Positions 53,577 through 63,051 are shown, counted from the stretch's first letter. The stretch is 64,000 bases of DNA from Gemmatimonadota bacterium (GCA_039588215.1 JBDHAD010000002.1:2036-66035), one strand, 5' to 3'. The notes: generated by a model not told the origin, from the sequence alone. Translations and numbers: made by a program.

Positions 53577-55316
53577 ATGGATTTCGCCGCGATCGTCGAC
53601 TGGCTGAACCACAACGTCGCGGAGCTCGGCATTCCCGTTGGCGATGAGAAGATCACCCTTCAGGTGGTCCTCCTGCTCGGCACGGGCCTGTTCCTGACGC
53701 TTCGCCTGGGCTTCATCCAGCTTCGCCGTCTCGCGCACGGGTTCGCGGTGACCAGCGGTCGCTACGACGATCCGAACGAGCCGGGAGACGTGTCTCACTT
53801 CCAGGCGCTCACCACGGCGTTGAGCGCGACCGTAGGGATTGGAAACATCGCGGGCGTCGCGATCGCGATCCACTGGGGTGGACCGGGGGCTCTGTTCTGG
53901 ATGTGGATGACGGCCGTGCTCGGGATGGCGACGAAGTTCACCGAGGTGACCCTCGCCCAGAAGTACCGTACGGTCAACGAGAAGCCCGAGCACAAGTGGG
54001 AGGGGACGGTCGCCGGCGGCCCCATGTACTACATCGAGCGCGGGCTCGGGAAGAACTGGAAGCCGGTCGCGATCTTCTTCGCCTTCGCCCTGGGGATCAC
54101 GGCCTTCCTGACCGGGAACGGTATTCAGGCGAACACGGTCGCGGATGCTATGCGGACCAACTTCGGGATCCCGGTGTGGGTGAGCGGGCTGATCACATCG
54201 GGAATCGTCGCGCTCGTGATCCTGGGCGGGATCACCCGGATCGGACGCGTGACGAGCATCCTGGCGCCGTTCATGGCGGCGGTTTACGTGCTCGGCGCCC
54301 TGATCGTGATCGTGATCAACGCGGGCGATCTGATCCCGACGTTCGGGTTGATCTTCCGCGAGGCCTTCAACCCGACCGCAGGCGTGGCCGGTACCGGGGT
54401 CGGGGCGTTCCTGGTGACCCTCATGTGGGGTGTGCGTCGTGGGCTATTCTCGAACGAGGCGGGGCAGGGGTCGGCCCCGATCGCGCACGCCGCGGCCCAG
54501 ACGGACGAGCCCGTCTCCGAAGGGGTAGTCGCGCTCCTGGAGCCTTTCATCGACACGATCGTGATCTGCACCATGACCGCGCTGGTGATCATCATGACCG
54601 GCGTATGGAGCGATCGCGTCGCGACCGAGATCGTGCTCGACGGGGGTGGGGACCTTTCCTACGTGACCGTCGAACGAGATGGAGCGAGCGTCTCGGCGGA
54701 CGCGTCGGGGCCGATCCGGTACGTGGACGGCCGGCCCGCGGACTCCTCGGCTCCCCAGGTCGCGTGGCATGAAGTAGCGCTAGAGGAGTTGTTCGTGGAC
54801 CCGGAAATGACGGTTCGCTTCGAGGGAACCGTCTCTGCCGACGACGGTGCGGCACAGCTGCCCGATGGGCGCTCTGTCACGAGCCTGTACGGGATGGCGG
54901 TCGAGAGTGGTGCGCCCCTCACCATGGAGGGATTCCGACGCGGGCTTTCGCCGATCGGCGACTGGGGACACTACATCGTGATCTTCTGCGTGCTCCTGTT
55001 CGCGATCTCGACGGCGATCGCCTGGAGTTACTACGGCGACCGGTGCGCTCATTACCTGTTCGGCGTCAAAGCGGTCTTGCCGTACAAAATCGTGTTCGTC
55101 GCCGCTCACTTCATCGGCGCGGTATTGCCTCTGGCGGTCGCGTGGACGCTGGGCGATATCTTCCTCGCGATCGTGATCATTCCGAACCTGATCGCGCTGC
55201 TCTTTCTGGCGCCTCAGGTGGTCGCGGCCACGCGGACCTACTTCGAGCGGCAGCCGTGGCTCGAGAACGCCGAGGCGCACCGGCGCTGGAAACAGGAGCG
55301 CAAACGCCGCCGCTAG
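53577..55316 (+). CDS. Alanine/glycine:cation symporter (AGCS family) with a ~100-aa insertion
   Basis: FQALTTALSATVGIGNIAGVA, GGPGALFWMW, GPMYYI, RRGLFSNEAGQGSAPIAHAAA are AGCS blocks. 579 aa. Confidence 0.9.
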   Translation: MDFAAIVDWLNHNVAELGIPVGDEKITLQVVLLLGTGLFLTLRLGFIQLRRLAHGFAVTSGRYDDPNEPGDVSHFQALTTALSATVGIGNIAGVAIAIHWGGPGALFWMWMTAVLGMATKFTEVTLAQKYRTVNEKPEHKWEGTVAGGPMYYIERGLGKNWKPVAIFFAFALGITAFLTGNGIQANTVADAMRTNFGIPVWVSGLITSGIVALVILGGITRIGRVTSILAPFMAAVYVLGALIVIVINAGDLIPTFGLIFREAFNPTAGVAGTGVGAFLVTLMWGVRRGLFSNEAGQGSAPIAHAAAQTDEPVSEGVVALLEPFIDTIVICTMTALVIIMTGVWSDRVATEIVLDGGGDLSYVTVERDGASVSADASGPIRYVDGRPADSSAPQVAWHEVALEELFVDPEMTVRFEGTVSADDGAAQLPDGRSVTSLYGMAVESGAPLTMEGFRRGLSPIGDWGHYIVIFCVLLFAISTAIAWSYYGDRCAHYLFGVKAVLPYKIVFVAAHFIGAVLPLAVAWTLGDIFLAIVIIPNLIALLFLAPQVVAATRTYFERQPWLENAEAHRRWKQERKRRR

Positions 55317-55363
55317 GCCACCTGGCGGTCGGCCGGGTGCGCTCGGCCCTGTCGAACCCATCG

Positions 55364-55395
55364 AGCGGGGCGGCCTGAATGCTGCCGCCCCCGCT
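55364..55395 (+). terminator. Rho-independent-type terminator after the AGCS gene
   Basis: AGCGGGGCGGC-ctgaatgct-GCCGCCCCCGCT (11/12-bp stem, one bulge) followed by TCTTTG. Confidence 0.55.
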
Positions 55396-55467
55396 TCTTT
55401 GCCTGGGGAGCCAGGGAGGGTCGTCAGGGTCCCATCAGCGACGCTGGGCGGTCGTGCTCGAGCCTGG

Positions 55468-55497
55468 TTTACAAGTCCCCCGGTAAAACGTTATTAT
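55468..55497 (+). promoter_or_regulatory. Sigma-70-like promoter candidate for vapBC
   Basis: TTTACA - 18 nt - TATTAT in an unusually AT-rich patch, ~50 nt upstream of vapB. Confidence 0.4.
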
Positions 55498-55546
55498 CGT
55501 CGATCCTTGTCCCGTCCTACTTTATCCGCATCGATGTGAGAAGCGT

Positions 55547-55756
55547 ATGCTGACCGAGACCGTTGTCACCGTCTCCCCCAAGTACCAAGTCGTCATCCCA
55601 CGTCCGATTCGTGAATCGCTAGGGCTCCGGCCCGGCCAAAAAGTGCAGGCCCTCCTGTACCACGATCGCGTGGAGTTCGTCCCCTTCAGACCCGTGAAGG
55701 GGATGAGAGGATTCCTCAAAGGCATCGAGCGATCTCCAGCGGAGTGGAACGCGTGA
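55547..55756 (+). CDS. vapB: AbrB/SpoVT-family antitoxin (VapB-like)
   Basis: 69 aa. VTVSPKYQVVIPRPIRESLGLRPGQKV is the classic SpoVT/AbrB swapped-hairpin motif. Confidence 0.85.
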   Translation: MLTETVVTVSPKYQVVIPRPIRESLGLRPGQKVQALLYHDRVEFVPFRPVKGMRGFLKGIERSPAEWNA

Positions 55757-56160
55757 ACGTAGTCGACGCGTCGGGCTGGCTCGAATACTTCACGGACGGC
55801 CCAGACGCGGCGTTCTTTGCCCAGACACTTCAGGAGGTCGACCAGCTCATCGTCCCGACGGTCACCATCCTGGATGTGTTCCGGCACGTGTATCGCCACG
55901 GAGATGAAGGTGATGCACTCCAGGCGGCTGCCGCGATGCAGCAGGGGAAGGTGGTGAACCTCGACACCACGGTGGCGCTTAGTGCGGGAAGACTGGGCGT
56001 CCAGCACGGGCTCTCGCCGGCCGCAGGTGTCGTGCTGGCTGCCGCCCGCAAGCATGAGGGCCGCGTTTGGACCCTTGAAGAGGAGTTGAGGTCGGTGGAG
56101 GGCGTCAAGTACCGTCCGCGCACGGGTCCTCGCAAGTGGGGGACCCAAGTAGACGAGTAG
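55753..56160 (+). CDS. vapC: PIN-domain protein (VapC-like toxin, possibly degenerate active site)
   Basis: GTG 55753 overlaps the vapB stop (GTGA). VNVVDASGWLEYF is a typical PIN N-terminus with the first Asp. Downstream acidic positions look altered (see finding). Confidence 0.75.
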   Translation: MNVVDASGWLEYFTDGPDAAFFAQTLQEVDQLIVPTVTILDVFRHVYRHGDEGDALQAAAAMQQGKVVNLDTTVALSAGRLGVQHGLSPAAGVVLAAARKHEGRVWTLEEELRSVEGVKYRPRTGPRKWGTQVDE

Positions 56161-56179
56161 AGTCTTGGGAGCGAGTCGG

Positions 56180-56683
56180 CTAGACGGCTCCGCCCCTGAG
56201 TCGCTCCGCCTCGGCCACGTATTGCTCCAGCGTGATTCGTCCGTCCAGGTAGCGGCGCTGCAGCCGCCGCCACGCTGGCGTCGTCGGGGCTTCCGACGGC
56301 GCGCCCCCCGCCGCGACTCCGCGCAGGACGCTCGCCAACCTCTCCCGCGCCCCTGGCCCGCGTTCGGATCCCGGTGCACCCAGATCGCCCGCGGGTGGGG
56401 TGACGCCGGCCGGAGCTGCTAGCCCGGGTTTCGGCGTCGCCATGCGGTGGTACAAGCGTGGGTGTGCGACGGCGACGATATCCTCAATGAGGCTGCGAAC
56501 GTCTCGACGGCAGCAAGACCACAGGTCGGGTAACGCACGTCTCACGCGTCGGACCAGGATCCCGGCCTGATCCATCCACCCGCTCAGCGCGCGCGCGGCG
56601 CGCTCCCGGCTCCATTCCCAACGCTCCCCACGCCTCCGAGCCAACCCGACCACCAGGACGAACAACAGGAAGGCTTCGAACAT
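56180..56683 (-). CDS. Membrane-anchored hypothetical protein with SHOCT-like C-terminus
   Basis: N-terminal TM helix (FEAFLLFVLVVGLA). C-terminus LQRRYLDGRITLEQYVAEAERL resembles the SHOCT short C-terminal domain. 4 nt downstream of padR (same strand). Confidence 0.55.
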   Translation of the reverse strand: MFEAFLLFVLVVGLARRRGERWEWSRERAARALSGWMDQAGILVRRVRRALPDLWSCCRRDVRSLIEDIVAVAHPRLYHRMATPKPGLAAPAGVTPPAGDLGAPGSERGPGARERLASVLRGVAAGGAPSEAPTTPAWRRLQRRYLDGRITLEQYVAEAERLRGGAV

Positions 56684-56687
56684 GGCG

Positions 56688-57269
56688 CTAGCCCTCGCTC
56701 GTCGCGTGCTCGGCCGACTTGGGCCAGGCCTGTTCGATCTCGCGTGCGGCCCTGTCCAGAATCTCCTTCAGGACCTCGATCTTTCCCTCGTCCCCGCCGT
56801 CGCCGACGGCGCGATCGAAGCTCACCTGAGCAAGACGGATGAAAGAGCGAGTGAGATCGCGCATCTCGGCGCCGGTGAAACGCTCACCCAAGTTTACGAA
56901 GCGACCGAAGATGTCATCGTGTCGGGCCGTGTGCTTGTCGAGGAAGGCTAGCCCTTCTTCGGTGATCCGATAGGTCTTCTTTCCATCCGCCTGCTCCCAT
57001 GCGACAAAGCCCTGGTCCTCCAGCATCTGGAGGGTGGGGTACACCGAGCCCGGGCTAGGCGAGTACATGCCACCCGACTCTTCCTCCAGGCGGCGGATGA
57101 TCTCGTATCCGTGCATCGGCTGTCCACGCAGTAGACCGAGGATGACATATTTCAGGTCGCCCTTCCGGACGACGCGTCGTTTGGCGCCCAATGGCCGACC
57201 AAACGCGAAGACGCCTGGTCCGCAGCAGTTGGCCCAGGCACCGAATCCGTAGTCACGACCTGTCAGCAT
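56688..57269 (-). CDS. PadR-family transcriptional regulator
   Basis: KGDLKYVILGLLRGQPMHGYEIIRRLEEESGGMYSPSPGSVYPTLQMLEDQGFV...KKTYRITEEG is the canonical PadR winged helix. Confidence 0.9.
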   Translation of the reverse strand: MLTGRDYGFGAWANCCGPGVFAFGRPLGAKRRVVRKGDLKYVILGLLRGQPMHGYEIIRRLEEESGGMYSPSPGSVYPTLQMLEDQGFVAWEQADGKKTYRITEEGLAFLDKHTARHDDIFGRFVNLGERFTGAEMRDLTRSFIRLAQVSFDRAVGDGGDEGKIEVLKEILDRAAREIEQAWPKSAEHATSEG

Positions 57270-57357
57270 CGCGCTTCCGCTCCTGCTTTGATCTCGGTTC
57301 GAGGGGTGTGACGGTCAACGGTGCGCCAGCCTTCCGGCGACGTATCGCGACCTGTCA

Positions 57358-57392
57358 CGATATATCGTATACGTATCGATAGCGATATATCG
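57358..57392. promoter_or_regulatory. Composite AT-rich palindrome, candidate PadR operator
   Basis: CGATATATCG (57358-57367) and an identical copy (57383-57392) flank CGTATACG (57366-57373) and TATCGATA (57374-57381). Located ~90 nt upstream of the padR start. Confidence 0.45.
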
Positions 57393-57438
57393 GGTCACTG
57401 TCAAGATCCTGGGATCGGTTCGCGAGAGACCCCCATGG

Positions 57439-58233
57439 TTACGGGTCTGAGGTGCCCTCCGGGTCAGGCGGTTCCCAGAGCTCGATACGCTGGCCATCGG
57501 GGTCCATGGCCCACCCGAAACGCCCGTAGTCGTACTCGTCGAGACGAGCATCCACCTCCACGCCCGCGGTCCGTAGACGCTCGAGAAGATCGTCCAACTG
57601 GCGCACGCGGAAGTTGATCATGAAGGGCTTGTCGCTCGGATCGAAGTAGTCCGTATCGGCGGGAAATGGTTCCCAAGCCGTGAACGCGGGCGTCCCATCC
57701 AACTCCCGCCAGCGGAAGCTGACGTAGCCATCGGGATCCGGAGTAACGCCTAGGCGCTCCGCGTATCAGGCTTTGAGAGCGCTTGGGTCGCCGGTCTTGA
57801 AGAAGACGCCTCCCAGCCCGGTCACCGGACCGGAAACCGGCGGACGTGCCGGTAGGTGGTCGGCGGGCTCCCACAGCTCCACCCGGTGTCCATCCGGGTC
57901 CATGACCCAGGCGAAACGTCCCTCCTCACCCTCGAAGATCTCGTCGTCTACCGCTTCGCCGGCCGCATGAAGAGACGCCACGAGGGGTTCGAGGTCGACG
58001 ACGCGGAAGTTGATCATGAACGGCTTTGAGCTGGGATCGAAATAGTCGGTCGTGTCCGGGAACGGGCCCCACACGGTGAGTGCGCGCTCTCCCGGCTGAC
58101 CGTCTCCTTGTCCCTCGAACCAGGCCCCCCCGCCATCCCCGGACGCTAGCCCCAGGTAATCTCGATACCATGCTCGCAGCGCATCCGGCGCTGCAGACTT
58201 GAAGAAGATCCCGCCGATTCCCCTGACGCCCAT
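57439..58233 (-). pseudogene. Two-domain VOC/glyoxalase-family gene interrupted by one in-frame TGA
   Basis: ORFs 57766-58233 and 57439-57702 are in the same frame, and the 63 nt between the stop and the ORF-track Met also translate cleanly. The halves are homologous (FPDTTDYFDPSSKPFMINFRV..MDPDGHRVELWEP / FPADTDYFDPSDKPFMINFRV..MDPDGQRIELWEP). The TGA at 57766-57768 aligns with Trp: DALRAWYRDYLGL vs SALKA*YAERLGV. Confidence 0.75.
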
Positions 58234-59009
58234 CAGGACTCCTCGCGATGTACGACGTAGACGCTTCTTTGTGCGGTCGGAAGCAGCAGCACATCGGCGA
58301 CGTTCACGTGCTCGGGCGCGTTCACGATGAAATGCACGACCTCCGCCACGTCCTCCGCCGTCAACGGGTCGAATCCGTGATACACGGACTCCGCCTTCTC
58401 CTCGTCTCCATCGAATCGGACCGACGAAAACTCCGTGTGCACGAAGCCTGGATTGACGCTCGAGACGCGTAACCGGGTCCCGGCCACGTCCAGGTTCATA
58501 CCCTCGGTGAGGGCGCGCACGGCGAACTTCGAAGCGTTGTATACGTTGCCCTTGGGGTAGACCTGGTAACCCGCGGTGCTGCCGACATTCACCACGTGCC
58601 CGATGCCCCGATCGATCATGGCGGGCAACAGCGCGCGGGTAACGAACAGCAGGCCTTTGACGTTCGTATCGATCATCCGATCCCAGTCTTCGAGATCACC
58701 CTCCTGTAGCGTCGCGAACCCGGCGGCCAGCCCGGCGTTGTTGAGAAGGATATCGGGGATCCAGCCGGCTTCCAGGAGAGTGGCGGCCTCCGCGGCAACC
58801 GTGTCGCGATCTCTCACATCGACCTCGGCGAGCCTGACGTCGACCTGGTGCGAGGAGGACAGCTCGGTCGCAAGGGTCTCGAGTCGCTCACGCCGTCGCG
58901 CCCAAAGGGTCAGGTTGGCACCCGCCTCGCCGAACCGCCTCGCGCAGGCGGCACCGATCCCGGAGCTTGCCCCCGTGATGAGGATCCGCTTTCCCGTCAG
59001 TCGGTTCAT
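58233..59009 (-). CDS. Short-chain dehydrogenase/reductase (SDR), YdfG-like
   Basis: ITGASSGIG cofactor motif, NNAG, catalytic YNASK. Confidence 0.9.
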   Translation of the reverse strand: MNRLTGKRILITGASSGIGAACARRFGEAGANLTLWARRRERLETLATELSSSHQVDVRLAEVDVRDRDTVAAEAATLLEAGWIPDILLNNAGLAAGFATLQEGDLEDWDRMIDTNVKGLLFVTRALLPAMIDRGIGHVVNVGSTAGYQVYPKGNVYNASKFAVRALTEGMNLDVAGTRLRVSSVNPGFVHTEFSSVRFDGDEEKAESVYHGFDPLTAEDVAEVVHFIVNAPEHVNVADVLLLPTAQRSVYVVHREES

Positions 59010-60709
59010 GACGTACTCTCTCGTTCGAACACGAGCTCGCCTTCGACGAACGTGAGGTCCACGCGAACGCGCTCTATCTCTATCGGATCGATCGTGAAGA
59101 TGTCATCCGACAATACGACCAGGTCCGCGTAGAATCCGGGTGCGATCCTCCCCGACTCCGACTCGAGGTAGCTCGCATATGCGTTTGCGCTCGTGTATGC
59201 GGTCACTGCTTCCTCGACCGAGATCTTTTGCCGCGGCACCCACCCCTCCGGGTTACGGCCATCGGTCGTGCGGCGCGTGACCGCCGCGTAGATCCCCAGG
59301 AGCGGGTCGAGGGGCGCCACCGTCCAGTCGCTTCCGAAGGTCAGGGCGGCCCCGGAGTCCAGCAAGTCACGGAACGCGTACGTGAGATCGATGCGCTCGG
59401 GACCGATGCGGTTGATAGCCCAGCGGCCATCGTCGATGGCATGGTACGGCTGCATCGATGGGACGACCCCCTGTGCAGCGAAGCGCTCGATGGCGTCGGG
59501 TCGCAAATGCTGCGCGTGCTCGACGCGGAAGCGTCGATCTCGGGGCCCGTTCACGCGTTCGGCCTCGGCGAACGCATCCAGCAGCCAATCGTTGGCGCGC
59601 GTCCCGATCGCGTGCACGATCACGTGCATCCCGGCGGCGTCGGCCTGGAGGATGTCTTCGTGAAGCGTGGCCGTATCCGTGACCATCAGCCCGCGCTCAT
59701 CGGGAGCATCCTCATACGGCTCGTAGAACCAGGCCGTGGTCGAACCGAGCGACCCATCCACGTACGCCTTCAGGCCACCCCAGAATAGACGGTGATCTCC
59801 GCGACCTTCGTCCGCGAGGAGATCCCGCATGCGCTCCCAGGTAGCCAGCGGCACGACTGCATACACACGCAGCGGTAAGGACCCCCGGGCCCGGGCGCGG
59901 CGGTACGTCTCGAACCCGGCCCAGGTACCCATGTCCGTGATCAAGGTCACGCCGCGCTCGACGGCGTGTCGGGCCGCGGCAGCCAGGGCGCGGTCCAGTT
60001 CGTCTTCCGAGGGCGGTGGCATGCGCTCGAACGCGAACGCCTGCGCGGCATCCTTCAGCACGCCCGTCGCGCGGCCATCCTCGTCGCGGACGATCGTCCC
60101 GCCGTCCGGATCAGGGGTGGACGCGTTGATCCCGGCGGCCTCGAGCGCCCTGGAGTTGGCGAGACCCATGTGCCCATCGAGCCGCTGGACGAATACAGGC
60201 GTCTCAGCGGTCAGCGAATCGATCCAATCGCGGTGCGGAAGCGCTCCCCCCCAGAGCTCGTGATCCCACTGGCCGCCGGTCATCCACTCTCCGGGGTGAT
60301 CGGACGCGAACCGTCCGATTCGGCGGGCGAACTCCGTCGGTGTGTCGGCGTCACGCAGCTGCACCCCGCTCAGCTCGAAGCCGCCATCCAGGAAATGAGT
60401 GTGGTTGTCCATGAGGCCGGGGATCACGCGACGCCCGCTCAGAGCCACGCGTCGCGTGCCGGGTCCGACCCACTCCTCAATGTGTGCGTCCGATCCCACG
60501 GCGGCGATCCGCCCGCCACGCACCGCGATCGCGGTCGGCTCGCCTGCGGAATCGTTGTCACCGGAGGTCCACACGCGGCCGCCGGTGAGGACCAGATCCG
60601 CCCGTGTGCCCGGCCCAGCGCTCGACGACACTTCCGAGTCCTCCTCTCGACTTCCGCACGCCGCGGATAACGCGGCCGAAACCGCGATCGCCACCAGCGC
60701 CCGAGTCAT
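59006..60709 (-). CDS. Amidohydrolase-family metallo-hydrolase (Amidohydro_3 / YtcJ-like) lipoprotein
   Basis: Lipobox LSAAC. DNHTHFLDGG (HxH), VHAIG, VEHAQH, FGSDW. Confidence 0.85.
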   Translation of the reverse strand: MTRALVAIAVSAALSAACGSREEDSEVSSSAGPGTRADLVLTGGRVWTSGDNDSAGEPTAIAVRGGRIAAVGSDAHIEEWVGPGTRRVALSGRRVIPGLMDNHTHFLDGGFELSGVQLRDADTPTEFARRIGRFASDHPGEWMTGGQWDHELWGGALPHRDWIDSLTAETPVFVQRLDGHMGLANSRALEAAGINASTPDPDGGTIVRDEDGRATGVLKDAAQAFAFERMPPPSEDELDRALAAAARHAVERGVTLITDMGTWAGFETYRRARARGSLPLRVYAVVPLATWERMRDLLADEGRGDHRLFWGGLKAYVDGSLGSTTAWFYEPYEDAPDERGLMVTDTATLHEDILQADAAGMHVIVHAIGTRANDWLLDAFAEAERVNGPRDRRFRVEHAQHLRPDAIERFAAQGVVPSMQPYHAIDDGRWAINRIGPERIDLTYAFRDLLDSGAALTFGSDWTVAPLDPLLGIYAAVTRRTTDGRNPEGWVPRQKISVEEAVTAYTSANAYASYLESESGRIAPGFYADLVVLSDDIFTIDPIEIERVRVDLTFVEGELVFERESTS

Positions 60710-62922
60710 CGCTGTGACCCTTCATCGGACCCTGCGGCAGCCGTCACAGCACCCTTGAGCATCCGTTCGAAAAAATCGGCCGTCGCATGGTACGCCGCGA
60801 GCCAGTTCCGGTGGAGAAGAAAGCTGTGTACCTCGTCGGGGAACACGAGTTGCTCGACAACGACGTTCCGTCGCTCCAACGCCTCGATGAGATCCACCGA
60901 CTCGGAGAACGGAACGTTGCGGTCGTCATCCCCATGGATGAGCAGCACAGGCGAGCGCCAGCCATCGATCGAGGCCATGGGAGATGACTCGAACGCGAGG
61001 CGGGCGACCTCCGCCCGGCGCTCGGCCTGGTACGCGGGGACGAAGTTGCGGATCACCACGTTCCAGTCGTGCACGCCGTGCAAGTCCACGCCGGCCGCGA
61101 ACAGTTCTGAGTCGCGAGCGAGTCCGAGTGCGGTCAGATAGCCCCCATAGGAGCCGCCCCAAAGCCCGATCCGATCCGGGTCGACATCCGCCCGCTGAGC
61201 CAGATACCGGCCGCCCGCCACCACATCGCGGTATTCACTCGCGCCACGTGCGCCGTAATCGAGGGCCTCGCGGAACTCCATCCCATAACCGATCCCGCTT
61301 CGGTAGTTGACGGACAGCACGACGTATCCCCGACTGGCGAGGTACTGGTTCATCGCGTAGGCGTTATGGTAGTAGCCCCGATAGTGCCACCCGAGGAGCA
61401 TCTGGCGGCGAGAGCCGCCATGAAAGAAGAGGATGGCGGGGCGTCTGTCTCCCGGTGGCAGATCCGCCGGCGTGAACAGCTGCCCGTGTATCTGTACGCC
61501 ATCTTCCGCGAGGAACGTCACGGCCTCGGGCGTGACGAGGTGTCGCAGCGGGAAGTCCCCGGGCGTCCCCGGATCCAACCGGCGCCTGCGGCCGTCGGCA
61601 TGCAGGATTTCCGCATGCGCGGGAGTCCGAGCATCCGAGGCCAGAAAGGCGATCACTTGGCCATCGGCGGTGGCGGCCGGTGACCACTCGATCCCCGACC
61701 CCTGCGTGAGCGCCACGGGCGCGCCGCGCGCCACATTGACCGACCACAGGTGTCGTCGATCGATGTCCGCCTCGTTCGACGAGTAGATGAGTCGCTCGCG
61801 ATCCGCCGACAGCGTGACGTGCTCGACCTCGAAGGCGCCGGGTGTGAGGAGGCTCGGCTCGCCCCCCGCGGCAGCGACCGAGTACAGGTGGGTCCAACCG
61901 TCGCGCTCCCAGGGAAACACGATTCGATCTCCCACCGCCCACCATACCTGGTCCGCCCCCTCGATCCCACGGAACGCGCTGCCTGTTCCCTCGGAGGCGC
62001 GCCACACCTCCGATCCGTCTCCAGTGGCGATGTCGACCACCCGTATGGACCAGGGGAGGGCGGAGCGTCTCGGTGCGAACGGCACCCGGTCGCGCTCGTT
62101 GAGGATCCGCACAAAAGCCAGGCGGCTGCCGTCGGGCGACCACGTCGGCGACCCGTCGCGCGCGAGGGAGGGATCCACATACCGGACTGTGCTATCGTCG
62201 ACCGAGAACAATCCGATGAAGCTATGATCGCCGCGACTACTCACGAATGCCAGGTGGCTACCGTCCAGAGACCAACGCAGCGAACCGGCGCTCCCCCGCG
62301 TACGGAGGAGCTGCCGTGGCCCGCGCGCCGGTTCACCTTCACCCTCGGCTGCCTCCGGAGCCGAGGGCGTGCCGGGCTCCTCCGGTGTCGCATCGACATT
62401 GATGGACCAGATCTGGCCACCGCGCAGAAACACGAGACGTGAGCCATCCGGGGATGGATTGGGGGAGGAGCCGGCCGTGAGGCGCCTGGGCTGACCCGCT
62501 TCCGAACCGTCGAGATCGACGACCCAGATGACTCGCTCCGCCCCCTGCGCAGCGCTGGTCGGGTTGGGAGTCTCCCCCTGCCGGTTGGGTGCACCCCCGC
62601 GGACGAAGAACAGCCGTCGATCGTCCGGCGTGAACCGGAGGCTCGAGAGCTCCTGACCGTCATCCTCCGTGTACGATGTGAGACGACGGCTGGTGTACTC
62701 GGGTGGCCGAGCGATCCAGATGTTTCTCGCACCACCTTCGTTCAGGACCCACGCGAACCCGCCGCTTCCGTGATCAGCCAAGAGGCCCGACGGAAACGGC
62801 GCCTCCATGATCTGCTCGAGGGAGTACGGTTCCTGTGCGGCCAAGCCCCATGAAGGCCCCAGGGACGTGAGGGTGAGTGTGAAGGTGGCGACGTGTCTGC
62901 CGAGGTGTCGACCGCAGGTCAT
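60706..62922 (-). CDS. S9-family serine peptidase (prolyl oligopeptidase/DPP-like) with N-terminal beta-propeller
   Basis: 738 aa. AAGGAG 7 nt upstream of the ATG. PD40/TolB-like repeats (SPDGSRLVF, SLDGSHLAF, SPDGSRLAF). Catalytic GGSYGGYL, HGDDDRNV, DEVHSF. Confidence 0.9.
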   Translation of the reverse strand: MTCGRHLGRHVATFTLTLTSLGPSWGLAAQEPYSLEQIMEAPFPSGLLADHGSGGFAWVLNEGGARNIWIARPPEYTSRRLTSYTEDDGQELSSLRFTPDDRRLFFVRGGAPNRQGETPNPTSAAQGAERVIWVVDLDGSEAGQPRRLTAGSSPNPSPDGSRLVFLRGGQIWSINVDATPEEPGTPSAPEAAEGEGEPARGPRQLLRTRGSAGSLRWSLDGSHLAFVSSRGDHSFIGLFSVDDSTVRYVDPSLARDGSPTWSPDGSRLAFVRILNERDRVPFAPRRSALPWSIRVVDIATGDGSEVWRASEGTGSAFRGIEGADQVWWAVGDRIVFPWERDGWTHLYSVAAAGGEPSLLTPGAFEVEHVTLSADRERLIYSSNEADIDRRHLWSVNVARGAPVALTQGSGIEWSPAATADGQVIAFLASDARTPAHAEILHADGRRRRLDPGTPGDFPLRHLVTPEAVTFLAEDGVQIHGQLFTPADLPPGDRRPAILFFHGGSRRQMLLGWHYRGYYHNAYAMNQYLASRGYVVLSVNYRSGIGYGMEFREALDYGARGASEYRDVVAGGRYLAQRADVDPDRIGLWGGSYGGYLTALGLARDSELFAAGVDLHGVHDWNVVIRNFVPAYQAERRAEVARLAFESSPMASIDGWRSPVLLIHGDDDRNVPFSESVDLIEALERRNVVVEQLVFPDEVHSFLLHRNWLAAYHATADFFERMLKGAVTAAAGSDEGSQR

Positions 62923-63051
62923 ACTCGCTCCTTTGCCGTGGGCCGGTGCTGGCGAGAGGCTCGAAAAAAAGTAGGTGGACCAGTCGGCTTCTGACCAGCC
63001 GTCCGGGTGTGGTCGCGTCAGGAAGTCGGTCGGAGGCCGCCGCGCCGACAG

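Noticed and set aside
57766-57768. TGA reassigned to Trp (or another amino acid) genome-wide.
   Set aside because: Many motif-supported genes in this window end at TGA exactly where homologues would end, including several ATGA/GTGA coupled junctions. I found only this one in-frame TGA, so a point mutation or sequencing error is more parsimonious.
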